Below are positions 60,201 through 64,000 of a stretch of DNA of 64,000 nucleotides, in pieces. The stretch comes from Octopus bimaculoides. Its lineage: Eukaryota. The notes under the pieces are model-generated. The model searched no databases. It saw only the letters and a list, made by a program, of their open reading frames with translations, and was not told the DNA's origin. The DNA lies in contig NC_068985.1 of the NCBI RefSeq assembly GCF_001194135.2, positions 43,957,538-44,021,537 of the forward strand, read 5' to 3'. How positions within the stretch are numbered: the first letter of the stretch is position 1; every line of letters starts with the position of its first letter. The translations under genes were made by a program, and so were the position numbers.

Positions 60201-62184
60201 CAAACATATACATTCATGTGTGAGCCATAAAACCATCAACAGACAAAGCAACACTAAATTATTTCTTTAAACAGATAGCAAGAGATAACGCTTAAGAGGA
60301 AAGCAGAATAGAATAGGGTTGAGATTCTGTTCCCTCTAACATCAATCACTTTATAACATGTACCAACTACTTTACAATGTGTGTTTGAATATGTATATAT
60401 TTATAGGTGTATAGATGTATATATTTATAGGTGCAGCATGGCTGAATGGTTAAAAAGTTTGCTTTGCAATCAAGAGGTTTCAAGTTCGATCCCACTGCAT
60501 GGCATTTTGGGCAAATGTCTTTTACCATATCTTTGGGCTGATCCAAGCCTTGTAAGTGAAACTGGGCAAATGGAAACTATAAAGGCATGTGGATTGTATC
60601 TGTAATACAGAGCTCTACTACTTGCCCCCCATTATGTCATGTAAATTCTGCTTGAGCATTGTGATAAAGGTATACATATCTAAGGTATACTCAGCCATTT
60701 ACTTATTCAAGTAGTTTATTTTATTGAATGACTGAAAACTCATTACACATTGTTAAGAATAATGAAGATCTGTTCACATTGTGCACCTATATATTTATGT
60801 GTATGTGCTTATACATGCACATACATACACTTGAACACACACATTAATATATGCATGCATATACATAAATACACACAGGTATAAACATGCACACACACAC
60901 ATATAAAAAAAATACATAGTACATACATACAGGCATAAATATATATTTATATATATAAAAGAGAAATTGTACAGAATGTATAAATAGATATATATATATA
61001 TATATAAAGAGAGAGAGAGAGAGTGACACACACATAAATGTACATGCACACACACATTCACAATTGCACATGTATACACACACACATGCACAAATGCACA
61101 CATACATACATACATACATGTACACATAAACTCACACAAACATATATGCATGTTTGTGTAATTGGTTTTACACCTTAAATGAAGAATACTAAAAACATCT
61201 GTTTACATTTTCAGACTTTATTGCCTAGAACTGATAAACAATATGATGCTCTTTAAAGTGAAATTCATTCTTACTCTCTCCCTGTCCTTCTCTCAATCTC
61301 TCTCGTTAACTCTTTCTCACTCATTCTCTCTTTCATATTTGCTTTCTCTCATTCTTCACCCTCTGTAATTCTTTCTATATTTCTACTCTTATTCTCTCTC
61401 TATCTTTTAAAAATTTTCTCTCCTGATTCCAGTTTTTTTTTCTCTTTCTAACCTTAAATATCTTTTCTGCTTTCTTCATACCATTCCTTCAGTTATTAGC
61501 TCTCCTTTTTTATATGCCATTATAATTTGACCGTGAAGAATGCCAGACTGTGGAACAACTCATTAAATGTAAAGCCAACCTCACACACCTTTCTTAAAGA
61601 ATGGTAAAACAATTTGGATACACTCTGCCTATATTCCACCCTCCTTTGCCCTCCTCCCTCTCCAAGAAAAACAAAATTATCCTTAAAAATGAAAGCATTA
61701 ACAAATGGTAATTCCATGTTAACTTCAAAATATGGTGTAGAATATCGTTTTGATGTCTTTCCTTCATAATAGCGGTAGGGTGGGGGCAGGTGAATGGTTT
61801 GTGGGATAAGTATTTTGGATTGATGGCTTGTGAGTTCAAATTCATTGAGATGTTTTGTTAATCCCAGGTCATCCTCGATTGGGCAGTTTTCATCAAAAAT
61901 ATTCCATCTATGACCATCCTGTCATTTTGTGCATCAGGAATTTCATTGTTCAATGTCCTTTATTTAAGACAGAAGAGTATGTTTTGAGGGAGATTTGGCT
62001 GCTATATCTAGCGGGTTGGGTGACCACATGACCACATAGAGGCTTCCTCATTGACATGTTTGCTTCAAAGGTTTCATGTTTCTAATTGAGATATTTAATT
62101 CTAAATTGGTTCCATACATAGAGCTATAAATTGATAATATCAAGGCTCTTTTATAAGGGAATGAGAGTTTATATGTGAGACCTG

Positions 62185-62400
62185 ATTGTCTTAGCAGCAA
62201 TTGAAACACTCATCCTTTATGGAGGTGAACATTAGATCATTACTAGAGCCTCTGGTCAGTCCTTGATGGCTGCTACACTCAGATACCATAAATGGCATTT
62301 ACTGTCAATTCGACTCCATGGCAACATTCTACTCAACATGAACAACAAGATAACTAGAAGATGGCTGTAACTTGTCACTGGGCACTGTCTGAGACTTCTG
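62185..62400 (+). mobile_element. Degraded RTE RT C-terminal remnant
   Basis: AAIETLILYGGEH*IIT..LHGNIL..TRRWL..GHCLR. Confidence 0.6.
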
Positions 62401-63689
62401 ACAAGGAGTAGCTTCACTGAGAAGTTAGCTTATAAAGAAAAATCTCCACCATACCCCAAACCTGTAGAGTGTTAGAAAGAGACATATTCTTTATTCAATC
62501 TAAATGCTCTCTGCAAATATAGCTAATAAATTCCTGTCCCTAATTAATCAGCATTTCCAAACACCTGTAGGTACCACAAATTTTTAATGGCCATAATGTC
62601 CAGATCAGCTACTCATGACTAGATAGTGTCACTTCCATCATTGCATGCTACAGCAGGAAAAAACATACCTACACAAACTCCATCCATACCTCAGTTTGTA
62701 AATTCTGAAATTCCAACTAAGTGTTCACTAGAGATACTCTATTTCTCAAAGGCTGCAGTCTGTTGGCTAGCCTAATGCCATCCAATGGTATCACAAGAAA
62801 CTATATAGGCCTAATAGCCAATGATTTTGAGGGAAGTTTCGTATAACATAGACATCCCTCCACCTCCCTGTTCAATTTCATTTGGAGATTCTAGAACCAA
62901 GCAAAGGATTTTCCCAACATCACTTAGGGCATTCTTCATAGGGCTCCTCATATTCTCATACTGCTTGAAACTGTCAATTCTGCCTCCATGAGAAGCTGTA
63001 TATACTACAACAGCCTATAGTATCCATCAACAAGAAAATTGATTTATCATTTTGTTGCCATCAAAATAAATATCTTGAACTTAAAGTATGGGTATGCTAA
63101 TACTTCAGAAAGATCACCATAACCCTAGTTGCTCTATATGTAATTTCAGAATAAGCAATCCCTGTTTTCCCATGGTGAGATTATTCCTTATGTGGCTGAC
63201 CAGTGCAAACACCCAGCTACAAATACATCCAAAAAAACAAAACAAAAAAACAAAACAAAGAGGTAAACAGTTACATACATCACACTACCCACATCAGGAT
63301 TATGTTTCCATGTGATGTTACAAACACATTGATAAGTAATCTGACACCACAAGATTGGTTACCTGGGCATTGCTGCTGTTGTGCTATAATCAATCCCATT
63401 ATTACTGTTTACCTTCCTCTACACTCTTGTCATCATTTTTATGCCACTAATTCATTCTCACTCTTGAATGTGAGCAGCCATGTAACTCTTCCACCATGTG
63501 AATTTGCTCTCTCATTCTCATTCTCTCTCTCCCGAATGTGAGTAGCTGTGTAGCTCTTCTACAATAAGAACTTGCTCTACCCTAATCTCTTCTCTTATAG
63601 CTTAAATCCCATCTAACATAAGGATGCACTCATATCCTTCCTCAAATTTTGTAGACTTGCAAGTGATATGAAAACCTCAATAATGCTAG

Positions 63690-63860
63690 TGGCATGAAAA
63701 AATACCTAGTACACAGTGTAAAGTGGTTGGTGTCATGAAGGACATCCAACTGTAGGTACCATTACAAAGCAGACACAGGAGCACTATGCACTGGATCCAT
63801 GTCAAACTGTCCAACCCATGCCAGCATGGAATATGGACATTAAATGATGATGTCGGTGAT
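63690..63860 (+). mobile_element. RTE 3' UTR/(GAT)n remnant
   Basis: GTGGTTGGTGTCATGAAGGACATCCAACTGTAG..AACCCATGCCAGCATGGAA..TAAATGATGATG. Confidence 0.8.
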
Positions 63861-64000
63861 GTTGCTGGTATCAGTTGAATATAACTGTTGTTGTTCAGCT
63901 CCAATATCAGTTCTGACTGAGAGACATAAGACATTCCTTTCCATAACCATCCTGTCTTTTGTTTTTGTTAAGGTATATGTAGGAGTAAATGTTGTGTCTA

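Overview
Eukaryotic, AT-rich, CpG-depleted, microsatellite-dense draft-assembly DNA with 12 N gaps. The repeat families and the (TA)n/(CA)n/(CAT)n density point to a coleoid cephalopod, probably Octopus; this is an inference and was not checked. No host protein-coding gene, rRNA or CRISPR array can be supported, and most ORFs in the track are microsatellite or gap artefacts. The window is a layered transposon landscape. It holds three tRNA-headed SINE families (provisionally A, B, C, several copies with clear TSDs) and remnants of RTE, CR1/L2, R4/Dong and Penelope-like retroelements. It also holds Tc1, mariner, Tc2/pogo, Tigger, hAT, piggyBac-like and Helentron/Helitron-like DNA elements. The most interesting signals are: (1) an apparently intact type I hammerhead ribozyme at 27.7 kb, with a decayed minimal hammerhead at 26.5 kb near Penelope remnants; (2) RTE LINEs carrying different zinc fingers, namely a PHD finger inside the RT C-terminal region, a triple C2H2 tail and a single C2H2 tail; (3) a 23-bp perfect hairpin at 6.9 kb; (4) a duplication with an internal inversion at 33.6-34.1 kb. 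Most element boundaries were read by eye and are approximate unless a TIR or TSD is given.
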